From an uncultured Verrucomicrobiae bacterium (GTDB lineage Bacteria > Verrucomicrobiota > Verrucomicrobiia > Chthoniobacterales > Terrimicrobiaceae): a stretch of 64,000 bases of DNA. The notes under the pieces were generated by a model. That model was not told the origin of the DNA and made no database searches. It saw only the letters and a list, made by a program, of their open reading frames with translations. Below, piece after piece: positions 15,001 to 25,691 of this stretch (position 1 is the first letter of the stretch; each line of letters opens with the position of its first letter). The position numbers were made by a program, and so were the translations under genes. The stretch is taken from contig CAVPOC010000005.1 in the NCBI GenBank assembly GCA_963706955.1, positions 32,001 through 96,000 of the forward strand. Reading direction: 5' to 3'.

Positions 15001-15729
15001 TCACGGCCTGTTCAATTGCCTCTCGGCCGCGGAAGGGACTTCCTCCCGAGCCAGCCCCAATGGTAACGAGAGGGGTGCCTGGGCGGGCGAGAGGTCAAGA
15101 TAGCGAGTGGGTAAGTTGTCTAAGCCTTTAGCATCGGCCGTAAAGAGCGCAATCGCATCCACCGCCCCAATTCTTAGGACCGCGGAAAGGAGCTCCAAAA
15201 TTCGCGTTCGCTTCTGCGAAGACATTCCCAATGTCGGTTCCTCAAGCAAGACAATCCTGGTGCCGTGGGCGAGTGCCCGCGCCACCGCCACGCAGCGTCG
15301 TTCTCCGTCCAGGATTTCGTGGGGGTATTTGTTGGCTTTGTCGGCAACGCCAACCAGAGCCAATCTCAGCCGCGCCTGCTCCTTGATCGTTTCATCCGAC
15401 AGCCTCTCGCCTCCGAGCGCCTGACGACAACGATAGGGAAGCACCACGTTGTCGAAAACCGTCAACGAGTGGATCAGGCCGCTATGCTGAAAGGCAATAC
15501 CCAGCGACGAGACGAGTTGGCGGCGCGTCCGCGAATTCGAGAACGTCTGACCGTAATACCGGATTGAGCCTGCTATGGGAGTTCTCAAGCCCGCCAGGTA
15601 AGACAATAGTTGGCTCTTTCCCGAACCGCTTGGACCAACAACGGCCAAGATCTCGCCATAGTCGAGACGGTTCGAAATGGGATCGCTCCGGGCGACGTTA
15701 AGCCTCAGGCCCTCGAATTCCATGGGCAT
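15001..15729 (-). CDS. MlaF-like ABC ATP-binding protein with degenerate motifs
   Basis: Walker A GPSGSGKS and Q-loop AFQ are present; signature reads ILDGE, Walker B LLEEPT, no H-loop His. Confidence 0.8.
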   Translation of the reverse strand: MPMEFEGLRLNVARSDPISNRLDYGEILAVVGPSGSGKSQLLSYLAGLRTPIAGSIRYYGQTFSNSRTRRQLVSSLGIAFQHSGLIHSLTVFDNVVLPYRCRQALGGERLSDETIKEQARLRLALVGVADKANKYPHEILDGERRCVAVARALAHGTRIVLLEEPTLGMSSQKRTRILELLSAVLRIGAVDAIALFTADAKGLDNLPTRYLDLSPAQAPLSLPLGLAREEVPSAAERQLNRP

Positions 15730-15733
15730 TTGC

Positions 15734-16514
15734 TTAGAATGATTCTTCAATGTCGGAGAGAAGCAGATTGACAAGGGTGACCGCGAGATTGCCGATCGTC
15801 AGAGCGAGTGCAGTGAGGGAGCCGACAAGATTGCGGGCTTGCTCGCGTTTTGGCCAAAAACCAAAGGTTCCCGCGACTGTCGCCATGCAAAAGGCAATCA
15901 CGACCGATTTGAACAACGTCTTAGCGTAAGTAGCCGCAGGAAATTTCAGAAATAAAGATCGCCGCAAAGTCCGGTAATGATTGGCCCAGGAGGAAGTTGC
16001 TCCCCAACCAGACTCCGATGAGACCGCAAAAGAATACCAGGAAGCAAAAGAAGGGAGCCACAATAATCAGCGCCACCGCTTTGGGAACGAAGGCTACCTC
16101 GGAAGGGTCCAGGCCGAGGACTTCGAGAACGTCAAGTTCCCGCGACAACCGCATGCTCGCAATCTCTGTGGTGATTGCAACGACCGCAGGCACACAAAAG
16201 AAATTGGCCACGGCGTAGGGGATAACATATTCAAGGAAGATTCTGCCAAAGCGGGGAATGGCGCTCTCCTGGTATTGCGAAAGATCTGGCGCCAGCACTG
16301 CACTTACGAATCCTCCAACGCCAAGCAGGACCAGGAAGAGAAGCGCTGGAGCAACGCATCCCAGCACGCGCCGCATGAGCTGAACACGAAACTCCTCACT
16401 GGAAAGCCCGGCTGAGGCGGCATTCGGACGAAAAAGCAAGTTCAACGCTCCGGTCACGACGGCCCAAGCAAGACCCGCCGCGGTGTATTTCCAAATTGAA
16501 TCACCGGCGGCCAT
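15734..16514 (-). CDS. MlaE-like ABC permease (one frameshift near 15930)
   Basis: ITTEIASMRLSRELDVLEVLGLDP is the MlaE-family motif; continues in a second frame as KTLFKSVVIAF... Confidence 0.8.
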
Positions 16515-16580
16515 AGGGTCTTCCCTCGCATACAATGCGGAAAGTTTTCGTGCCAGTTCATTTTGTGATACGACGACGGT

Positions 16581-18493
16581 GTGGAGGAACTCCCGGGTTC
16601 AATTGATGCCGAAGCGCACCGCGTGGGACAACTCCGCGAGCGGTTGGAACGCGAAGGGGTGGACGTCGGCATCGCGGAACTCAAGCAGATTTGGGAGGGC
16701 CGACTTCGCGCCTTCTGGCGCCTCTATCCCGAGCTCTACTCCACCCTTGCCGGCCTGATGGTTGAACGTTCGGAGAACTTTGCAGCCATTGAAATCTGCG
16801 CCGAGGGACTCTCCTTTTTCCCCAGGCACGGCGACCTCGTCCTCTACCTGGCGTTATCTTTGGCGCGCACCGGATCTCCGAACCGAGCATTTGAGCTGCT
16901 CAATTCAGCCGAGTGGATGGCTGGCGAACATTCCAGATGCTTGGACGCTGCGGGCTCGAATTTACAAAGACCTTTGGAAGCTGACCGGATCATCACGGGC
17001 GCTGGAGCAGTCATTGCACGAGTATGAAAGAGCGGCTGAGAGGAGAAAAGGTGCGGATGCTTACTATCCGGAGGTGAATGTCGCCACACTCGCACTTCTC
17101 GGCGGCGACGAATCGAAAGCCGTAGAATACGCCAAGAAGGTGACCAGCCAACTTACTCCTCTTGCTGAGCGAGACTACTGGGAGGCAGGGAGCTTGGCGG
17201 AAGCCTTGCTCGTCTTACGTCGCGTTGAGGATGCTCGCGGGCAATATGCAACGGCCATGGAGCTTGACCCGCTGCCGGCGCGAAGGCTCACGACTCGGCA
17301 GCAGGCAAGGCTACTTCTTCGGCACCTGGGTGAAGATCCGAATACATTCGAGGATCTCTTTAAAATTCCGCCGGTGGTTTGCGCCACGGGCCACGTCATC
17401 GATCCCCCGGACCGAGCCATTGCTCGATTTCCTGCAACGCGCGAGGCATCGGTCCGCCTTCGCATTCAGTCGCTGCTGAGACGCTGGGGCGTCGGTCTTG
17501 GATATTCCGGAGCGGCAGGCGGCGCCGACATAATCTTTGCCGAGACGATTCACGCTTTGGGAGGCGAGACCTGTCTCATCCTGCCGGTTGACCGGGAGAC
17601 ATTTTGTCGATGGAGCGTCGAAGGATCAGGGGGAGAATATGTGAACCGGTATCGCGTGGCTTTAACCAATGCGGCGTTCGTCAGTGAGTCGCCTTTTTCG
17701 CGCCAAGACCTCCAGGGCGGCGGTCTTTGGGACTTCGGCAATCGAATGATCCTCGGAAACGCGCTGCGGCGAGCGAGCGAACTCGAGACACCGTTAAAGG
17801 TGCTCGCGGTGTGGGACGGCAAGCGCGGCGATGGCCGGGGAGGCACTGCTGACATGGTGGCGCTCGCCCGGCAGTGCGGTCTCACCGTGCACGTGATCGA
17901 TCCGATGGGCGATGAAATCGTGGAACTTCCTGGTTTCTCCGAAAGCGATTTGTCGCCCGCGGAGCGAATCGTTGAACGATCGACGCTCAGATGAGAGCCG
18001 AATCGCTGCCGGAATGTTCCTGTTGTTTCCCGCATCTTGGAAGTCTGAATCGCGCGATTTGGCGATTCCTTCGGAGCGATTCGCAGGCGAGTTTCATAGG
18101 GTAGCTCTCGACGCGGATTTCCGCATCTTCTTTGACTCAGCGACTTCAGCGGTGAGAGCACTGACGCGTCTGCAAGCGAGACTTTGTTCCTGAGGCCGAG
18201 CGAGTTCGGCATTGCTCTCACGGCTGGTCCCGTGCAGGTGCGTTCCTCTGACATCGTTGGCACGCGAGGATGTGCAGGGAACCATGGTGGCTCAAGGGCG
18301 CAGCTTGGCGACGCGGGCACTCCATCCTCCACTGGTCCTCGCATCCGGTGAGTTTGTTGCGCTCGCCGCTACCGAAGGATCTCGCCTGACAAACTTCGAG
18401 TATAGTGGACGCGTGACGTCTCCGGAAGGTAGTTACGCCGTATTTCGTCGCGTCCGAGAGGAAGCTCTCGAGGAAGCTCAGAGTACTCGATAG
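16581..18493 (+). CDS. TPR/MAP3K TRAF-binding (DUF4071-like) + SLOG-like + degenerate class III cyclase-like protein, frameshifted
   Basis: ARIYKDLW..YYPEVNVATLALL..DYWEAGSLAEALL; TGHVID..RFP..GYSGAAGGADIIFAE..AVWDG..GRGGTADMV; C-terminal fragments FGIALTAGPV and VLASGEFVALAA..FEYSG. Confidence 0.65.
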
Positions 18494-18570
18494 CCGAGCG
18501 GCTTCTCGACTCAACGCGTTTTTTGCCGTGCATTCTTGACGGCGAGGTTGCCGGACCGTACGCTTAGCTC

Positions 18571-19967
18571 ATGCCCCTACTCAGACCCAGATCCCACTTT
18601 TTACCCTTCCCCCCGCCTCGCTATGCAGGCGCCTCCCGAGACGCTCGCTTATGTCGCGGCACTCAATCCTCCCGGAAGTAAGCTCCACGATGCCATCCTT
18701 GTGATCGATGTGGATCCGGCATCGCCGAGCTATGGGAAGCGCATCGGGCAAACCGTTCTTCCCCATGCCGGAGACGAATTGCACCACTTCGGGTGGAATG
18801 CCTGCAGTTCGGCACTTTGTCCCTACGCGCCGCATCCACACGTCGAACGCCGCTATCTTGTCGTGCCGGGAATCCGCTCTTCGCGCATCTACGTGTTGGA
18901 TACCAAGCCGGATCCTCGCAATCCCTCGATCGTAAAGATCATCCAACCTGAGGAGGTTCTTGCTCGAACCGGCTATTCGCGTCCGCATACCGTTCACTGC
19001 GGACCCGAGGGCATCTACGTCAGCGCGCTCGGCTCACCGAGTGGAGATGGTCCGGGCGGCATCTTCCTGCTGGATCACTTTAGCTTTGATGTCCTGGGAA
19101 AATGGGAAATGGACCGTGGACCCCAGTATCTCGGCTACGATTTTTGGTGGCATCTGACCCAGGACACGCTCTTGACCAGCGAATGGGGGACACCGAACCA
19201 GATCGAGAACGGCGTCATTCCCGAAGAGCTTCTGCAAAGCAAATACGGCCACCAGTTGCACGTTTGGGACCTGCGCAAGAGACGGCACGTTCAGGCTCTT
19301 GACCTGGGAAAAGAGCATCAAATGGTTCTTGAGATGCGCCCGGCGCACGACCCGACGAAAACCTACGGGTTTGTCGGCGTGGTTGTTTCGCTTGAAAGAT
19401 CTCAGTGCTTCGGTTTGGCTTTGGCATCGCCAAAACGGCAACTGGCAAATTGAAAAAATCATCGAAATCCCGGCGGAGCCGGCAGACGCCGATCAGTTGC
19501 CCGCGCTGCTCAAGGGGTTCAATGCGGTTCCCCCTTTAGTTACCGACATCAATCTCTCTCTCGATGATCGCTTTCTCTACGTCTCCTGCTGGGGGACCGG
19601 AGAGATGCTGCAATATGACGTTTCCGATCCGTTCAATCCCAAAAAGACCGGCTCGGTGCAGATTGGTGGAATTGTGCGGCAAACACCGCATCCGGCAAGA
19701 CCCGAGCAGCCGTTGCAAGGTGGGCCGCAAATGGTCGAAGTAAGCCGCGATGGAAAACGCATCTACTTCACCAATTCTCTCTACGCGGCCTGGGATGAGC
19801 AGTTCTATCCCACGGGCGTGGGAAGTTGGATGGCAAAGCTCGATGTCAACTCTGAAGGTGGCATCAGCTTCGATAAGAGATTCTTCCTTCAGTCGGATGA
19901 CTATCGTGTTCATCAAGTCCGCCTGGAGGGTGGCGACTCCTCGTCCGACTCTTACTGCTATCCGTGA
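18571..19967 (+). CDS. Selenium-binding protein SBP56 / methanethiol oxidase family (apparent +1 indels near 18589 and 19393)
   Basis: PDPTFYPSP, GDELHHFGWNACSS, SSRIY, PHTVHC, GYDFWW, GGPQM..SRDGKR, GGDSSSD-type terminus. Confidence 0.9.
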
Positions 19968-20628
19968 GCGGTGCCTGGCCGTGGCTGGCGCTGCTCGGCC
20001 TTGGCGCCTTTCATGGCATCAATCCGGGGATGGGCTGGCTCTTTGCGGTCGCCTTGGGTCTGCAAGAGCAGCGGCGTTCGGCAGTTTGGAATGCCCTGCC
20101 GCCGATCGCTGTGGGCCATGCACTCTCGGTCGGCCTGATTGTTGTGCTCGTCGCACTCATGCACGCCAGCATCAGCTACGACGCACTTCGGTGGCTGGCG
20201 GCCCTGGCACTCGTTAGCTTCGGGATCTATCGACTGGTTCGCGCGCGGCACCCACGATGGGTGGGCATGCGCGTGGGCTTTCGCGACCTAACGTTGTGGT
20301 CATTCTTGATGGCCTCTGCGCACGGTGCGGGACTTATGCTTGTCCCAGTTTTTCTTGGATCGAGACATCTCGCGGGCGTCGACAACGCACACACTGCGCA
20401 CGCGCATTCGAGCCATGGCGCTCATCTGGACCTCCTTGATAATTCCTGGCTGGCCGCCACTGGCGGTCATCGTTCACACCCTTGGACACCTCTTGGTGGC
20501 TGGGCATGGTGGCGTTGATCGTTTATGAAAAACTAGGTGTGCGTATTCTCCAGCGCGCCTGGTTCAATTTTGATCTGGCCTGGGCCGTTGCCCTCATCGT
20601 TTCCGGACTGGTGACGGCTGTTATTTGA
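19964..20628 (+). CDS. Membrane protein commonly paired with SBP56 genes (frameshift near 20455)
   Basis: GAFHGINPGMGWLFAVALG, LWSFLMASAHGAGLML, His-rich loop, C-terminal YEKLGVRILQRAWFNFD; GTGA overlap with the SBP56 stop. Confidence 0.75.
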
Positions 20629-20652
20629 CGCGCCGAGCTGTCGCTGGAAGAA

Positions 20653-23600
20653 TCATCGGACATCCACGACCGGTTGGTAAGTCGGTTGTGGCGCGGGCAC
20701 TTTTCGTGGCTTAGAGATTCTGCGAATCAGCACATAGAAGACCGGCGTGAGAAAGACGCCGAAAATAGTCACCCCCAACATTCCCGAGAACACAGCTGTG
20801 CCCAGCGTCTGTCTCATCTCGGCGCCGGCGCCAGTTCCGATTACGAGCGGAATCACTCCGGCAATGAAAGCAAACGAAGTCATCAGAATCGGGCGCAGTC
20901 GGAGCTTGCAGGCATCGATTACGGCTGAAACCGGATCTTTGCCCTCGTCCTCGATCTGTTTGGCGTACTCAACGATAAGGATCGCGTTCTTACAGGCGAG
21001 CCCGACGAGGACGACGAAGCCAATCTGGGTGAATATATTGTTGTCCATCCCCCGCAATAACACTCCTGCCAGGGACGAGAGCAGACACATCGGGACAATG
21101 AGAATAATAGCAAAAGGCAGGGCCCAGCTCTCATATTGCGCCGCAAGGGTCAGGAACACGAAGAGGACGCAAAGCGGGAAAATGTACAGGGCGGTGTTTC
21201 CTGCCAGAATTTGTTGAAACGCCATGTCGGTCCATTCAAAACCAAAGCCCGGCGGAAGTAATTGGCGAGACAACTGCTCCATAATGCTAATAGCGTCACC
21301 GGAACTATAGCCAGGGCTGCTACTTCCTGAGATCGCCGATGCGGTATAGAGATTATAGCGCGTGATAAAGGCCGGACCGTAAGTCTCTTTGATCGATGCC
21401 ATGGTACTCAACGGGACCATCTGTCCGGCGACGTTCCGCGTCTTCAGCTTGAGAATATCGGCTGGGGTGACGCGGAATTTGCTGTCCGCTTGCACGTTCA
21501 CCTGGAAGGAGCGTCCCAGAAACGTAAAGTCGTTCACATACGCGGATCCTAAGTAGATTTGCAGCGCGTCAAAGATGTTGTTGAGCGGCACATCCATGCT
21601 TTTCGCTTTCGAGCGATCGACGTCGACATAGATCTCGGGAGTTTCCGCGCGAAAGCCGGAGAACATGCCAACCAGCTCAGGTCGCTTTTCCCCAGCATCG
21701 ACCAGACTTTGCGAGACCGCCTCGAGTTGTTTGAAATTGCCGCCGCGACGATCCTGGACCATCAAGTTGAAACCGCCGGTGCTGCCCACGCCCTGAATCG
21801 GAGGCGGGCCGAAGGCCAGGATCAGAGCCTCCGGGATGGTCGAAAATTTCTTCCTGAGATCACCGACAATCGCATCGGCGGTAAGGTTGGGACCCTTTCG
21901 CTCGTGAAACTCATCCAAGATCACGAAGAGCGAAGCGACGTTTGACGTCGAGGTGCCGGTGAGGATTGAAAATCCGTTGATAATAAGGGTCGTCTTAACG
22001 CCCGAAGTCTCTTTGATCATCGCCAATGCTTTGGCGGTGACCGCTTGGGTTCGCTCGAGCGAGGCGCCGTCGGGAAGTTGACAGCCAACCAGCAGGTATC
22101 CTTGATCCTGCTGAGGAACAAAGCCGGTTGGAGTGATCCTAAATCCGTAGCCAGTCAAGGCGAGCAAACCGGCGTAGAGGATCATGACGATCACGACCTT
22201 GCGCACCAGGCCGGCCACTGATCGTCCGTACCTCTCGATCATCCAATCGAAGCCGCGGTTAAATCCCCTGAAAAACCAGCCGAAGGTCGCATTAAAGAAT
22301 CGCGTTAGGATGTCCTTCTGCTCTCCATGCGGCTTCAAGAGTATCACACTCATCGCCGGGCTCATTGTCAGCGAGTTGAATGCCGAGATGATTGTCGAGA
22401 CCGCTATGGTAAGAGCAAACTGACGGAAGAATTCACCGGAGATTCCGGTCATAAATGCCGTCGGGATGAACACCGCGGACAAGACCAAGGCGACCGCTAT
22501 CACAGCTCCACCGACTTCATTCATGGCCTGACGGGCGGCGTCGCGTGGCGATAGTCCAAGACTAAGCTTATGTTCGATCGCTTCGACGACGACGATCGCA
22601 TCATCGACCACGATCCCGATCGCAAGAACAAGACCGAAAAGCGAGATTGTGTTAAGTGAAAATCCGAAAGCTGCCATGGCCGCAAACGTCCCGATAAGAG
22701 AAACCGGCACGGCGATAAGCGGGATGATTGCAGCCCGCCACGTTTGCAGAAATAACATCACGACGATCGCGACGAGGAGGACAGCTTCAATCAGGGTGTG
22801 CTGAACCGCAGAGATCGACTCGCTGACGAAGACGGTCGTATCATAGACGATCCTGTAATCGACGCCCTTCGGGAAATCCTTCTTAAGCCTCTCCATCGTC
22901 TTGCGAATCGCCTCGGCGGTGGAAAGCGCATTGCTGCCAGGCAACTGATAGACGGCCAAGGTTGCCGTGGGCTTGTCGTCGAGCGTAGATTTAACCGCAT
23001 AAGACTTGGCGCCGATCTCGACCGAGCCGAGTTCACTCAGCCGGACAACTTCACCTCGCTCGCCGCGTTTGACGACAATGCGGGAGAATTCCTGCGGATC
23101 GATCAAGCGGCCCTGGGCATTGACGACCAGCTGAAATTCGGTGCCCTGGGGAGCCGGCTGCTGGCCAACTATGCCAGCGGCAACTTGCCTGTTCTGTTCC
23201 TGCACGGCCGCGACTACGTCGGAGGCGGTCAGCCCGAGCGATGCCAGTTTGTTCGGATCCAACCAGATCCGCATCGAGTACTCGGAGCCGAAGATGTTGA
23301 TTGCGCCGACGCCTTCGACTCGTGCCAATGTGTCCTTGACTTGAAGAATCGCGTAGTTGTTGAGATAGAGCTCGTCGCGCGAATTGTCTGGGGAGATCAA
23401 ATTCACGCACAGGATCATCGAGGCAGACTGCTTGTTGACGGAAACACCCGTGCGTCGAACCTCCTCGGGTAAGATAGGCAGGGCAAGGTTGACGCGGTTC
23501 TGCACAAGCACCTGTGCCGTATCGAGGTCGGTGCCCAGCTTGAAGGTAATCGTCAACGCATACGAACCGTCGCTCGCTGACTGCGAGGACATGTAGAGCA

Positions 23601-23829
23601 TGTTCTCGACGCCGTTAACCTGCTGTTCAATGGGCGCCGCGATCGTTTCGGCGATCGTCTTGGCATTTGCTCCGGGAAAGCTCGCCGAAACCTGGACCGT
23701 TGGCGGAACAATATCTGGATACTGAGCAATCGGCAAAGTCAGCAAAGCAATGCCGCCAACGATCGTGATGACCAGGGAAAGAACCGTCGCAAAGATCGGA
23801 CGGTCGATAAAGAACTGACTGATATTCAC
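20653..23829 (-). CDS. RND efflux permease, HAE1 family
   Basis: 1058 aa; FFIDRPIFA, GIVVDDAIVVVE, KNAILIVE, RLRPILMTS. Confidence 0.96.
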   Translation of the reverse strand: MNISQFFIDRPIFATVLSLVITIVGGIALLTLPIAQYPDIVPPTVQVSASFPGANAKTIAETIAAPIEQQVNGVENMLYMSSQSASDGSYALTITFKLGTDLDTAQVLVQNRVNLALPILPEEVRRTGVSVNKQSASMILCVNLISPDNSRDELYLNNYAILQVKDTLARVEGVGAINIFGSEYSMRIWLDPNKLASLGLTASDVVAAVQEQNRQVAAGIVGQQPAPQGTEFQLVVNAQGRLIDPQEFSRIVVKRGERGEVVRLSELGSVEIGAKSYAVKSTLDDKPTATLAVYQLPGSNALSTAEAIRKTMERLKKDFPKGVDYRIVYDTTVFVSESISAVQHTLIEAVLLVAIVVMLFLQTWRAAIIPLIAVPVSLIGTFAAMAAFGFSLNTISLFGLVLAIGIVVDDAIVVVEAIEHKLSLGLSPRDAARQAMNEVGGAVIAVALVLSAVFIPTAFMTGISGEFFRQFALTIAVSTIISAFNSLTMSPAMSVILLKPHGEQKDILTRFFNATFGWFFRGFNRGFDWMIERYGRSVAGLVRKVVIVMILYAGLLALTGYGFRITPTGFVPQQDQGYLLVGCQLPDGASLERTQAVTAKALAMIKETSGVKTTLIINGFSILTGTSTSNVASLFVILDEFHERKGPNLTADAIVGDLRKKFSTIPEALILAFGPPPIQGVGSTGGFNLMVQDRRGGNFKQLEAVSQSLVDAGEKRPELVGMFSGFRAETPEIYVDVDRSKAKSMDVPLNNIFDALQIYLGSAYVNDFTFLGRSFQVNVQADSKFRVTPADILKLKTRNVAGQMVPLSTMASIKETYGPAFITRYNLYTASAISGSSSPGYSSGDAISIMEQLSRQLLPPGFGFEWTDMAFQQILAGNTALYIFPLCVLFVFLTLAAQYESWALPFAIILIVPMCLLSSLAGVLLRGMDNNIFTQIGFVVLVGLACKNAILIVEYAKQIEDEGKDPVSAVIDACKLRLRPILMTSFAFIAGVIPLVIGTGAGAEMRQTLGTAVFSGMLGVTIFGVFLTPVFYVLIRRISKPRKVPAPQPTYQPVVDVR

Positions 23830-23832
23830 GTT

Positions 23833-25044
23833 CTATTTCGCAGCCTGGGTCGTCGCTGCAGCCGGCGTGGCAGAATCCGCAGGCTTGGGATCTACCTTCT
23901 CACCGGGGCGCACCTTCAGCAGTCCGTCCACCACAACGGTCTCACCGACTTGCACTCCGCTCTTGACCACCTGCATGGTGTCGAAAAGCGTTCCAAGTTC
24001 GACCGGTTGAAACTCAGCCGCATTCTCCTTGTTGACGACGACGACATACTTCTGGCCTTGATCGGACGCCACACAACGCTCCGGCACCAGAATGGCGTTG
24101 TATGGCAATCCCGCGGGAATGCGTACCCGAACGAAGAGTCCTGGCCCAAGCAGACCATTTTCGAAGTCGAAGACGCCTCGGATCCGGATGGTGCCCGTCG
24201 ATGGGTCGACACGATTGTCGAGGAAGTCGATGTAGCCGGTATGCGGAAAGCCTGTTTCGTCCTGTAAAGACAACTCGATCGGGATCTTCACTTCGTCCGC
24301 ATCTTCGGGCCCCTTTTTCTTACTCTGGTAGTAGCGGACGTAACGGAGCAATGAACGCTCATCGACATCCGCATAGGCGTAAACTGGATTCGTCGAGACG
24401 ATCGTCGTCAATGGATCCTTGCCATCGGCGGAGACAAGGTTTCCGACGGTGACATTCGCGAGTCCCGCCCGGCCATCAATCGGTGCTGTCACGGTGCAGA
24501 ACTCCAGATTTAGCTTAGCCCTTTCCAGGGCTGCGCGGGCGGACTGGAAAGCTCCGGTGGCCTGCTGAAAGGTTGCGGCGCGCTGATCGAAATCTCCCGC
24601 AGCCGTGACTCCTTTGTCCCGCAGTTGTCGTGCCCGGTCAAAATCGGCGGAGGCCAGCTTCAAGGCGGAATCAGCTTTGTCGAGCTCCGCCTTGGCTTGC
24701 TCGTAGTCCGCCTGATATGGTCGCGGGTCGATGATGAAGAGCGGCTGGCCTTTCTTGACGAGGTCGCCGTCAACGAATTTGACCTCCGTAATGTAGCCGC
24801 TCACGCGAGGTCGGACGTCGACCGTTCCCATCGGAGCGAGGCGGCCGGTATATTCGTCCCAATCTTGCACTTGCTTTTCAACGGCCTGGGTGACGGTGAC
24901 GATTGGCGGTGGCAGCTCCAGCGCCTCCTGCTTCTTACAAGCGCTTACGGCCGCAAGCGCCAGCCAAAAGAGTAAGGTGGTCCGCAAAGGCAAACGGAAT
25001 GCGGCGAAGGGCGAGCGATCCGAAAGAGTGTTCGAGCGCACCAT
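23833..25044 (-). CDS. RND efflux periplasmic adaptor (MFP), lipoprotein
   Basis: VSA-C lipobox, VRPRVSGYI, APIDGR, DPSTGTIRIR. Confidence 0.93.
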   Translation of the reverse strand: MVRSNTLSDRSPFAAFRLPLRTTLLFWLALAAVSACKKQEALELPPPIVTVTQAVEKQVQDWDEYTGRLAPMGTVDVRPRVSGYITEVKFVDGDLVKKGQPLFIIDPRPYQADYEQAKAELDKADSALKLASADFDRARQLRDKGVTAAGDFDQRAATFQQATGAFQSARAALERAKLNLEFCTVTAPIDGRAGLANVTVGNLVSADGKDPLTTIVSTNPVYAYADVDERSLLRYVRYYQSKKKGPEDADEVKIPIELSLQDETGFPHTGYIDFLDNRVDPSTGTIRIRGVFDFENGLLGPGLFVRVRIPAGLPYNAILVPERCVASDQGQKYVVVVNKENAAEFQPVELGTLFDTMQVVKSGVQVGETVVVDGLLKVRPGEKVDPKPADSATPAAATTQAAK

Positions 25045-25166
25045 TGCTTATCTCCTTTTTCCAGACAATAGGCGGCTGGTCAATACAAACAGAGCAAGCA
25101 ATCGGGGGAAGGTCGCCTGCCACAAAACAGCTGGAGTTAAGGCCAGCGATACGATAGACACGTGCC

Positions 25167-25682
25167 ATGACTCGAAAGGAAGCAATCATTGTAGGCGCGG
25201 CCAGCCTCTCCGCTCTGGCGATGGCCGCACAATCCGGGCGGGCCGAAGAGGCGGCGGAACAAAATCCCGAAGTAACGAAAATCTGGGCGCTTCTTAAGGC
25301 ACACGACGAAGCCATGGCGAACCATGATCTTGGTGGCGTCATGAAATGTCTGACCGAAAAGGCCGCTATCATGGGCACCGGCCCCGGCGAGTTTTGGGTC
25401 GGGCCGGAGGAGATCAAAATAGCTTATGAACATTTCTTTGAGACCTTTGACAAGGGCGCGCAGGATTTTCAGTATCAGTTCAGGATCGGTGGCGTCGGCA
25501 CCGACATGGGTTGGCTGATGGCGTCCGGGAATGTAGCCGCTAAGAAGGATGGCAAGGAGTTGACCTTTCCCTTGAATATTTCCCTGACAGTCGCAAAGAA
25601 ATCGGAAGAATGGCGCATCGCCGCCATGCACTTCTCCACGTTGACCGGAGACATGGGAAGCCACGAGAAAAAGAGCAGTTGA
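25167..25682 (+). CDS. Exported SnoaL/NTF2-like fold protein
   Basis: Signal-like N-terminus; AHDEAMANHDL..GTGPGEFWVG..WRIAAMHFS pattern typical of SnoaL-like proteins; 9 bp upstream of the RiPP precursor. Confidence 0.75.
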   Translation: MTRKEAIIVGAASLSALAMAAQSGRAEEAAEQNPEVTKIWALLKAHDEAMANHDLGGVMKCLTEKAAIMGTGPGEFWVGPEEIKIAYEHFFETFDKGAQDFQYQFRIGGVGTDMGWLMASGNVAAKKDGKELTFPLNISLTVAKKSEEWRIAAMHFSTLTGDMGSHEKKSS

Positions 25683-25691
25683 TCAAACGTT

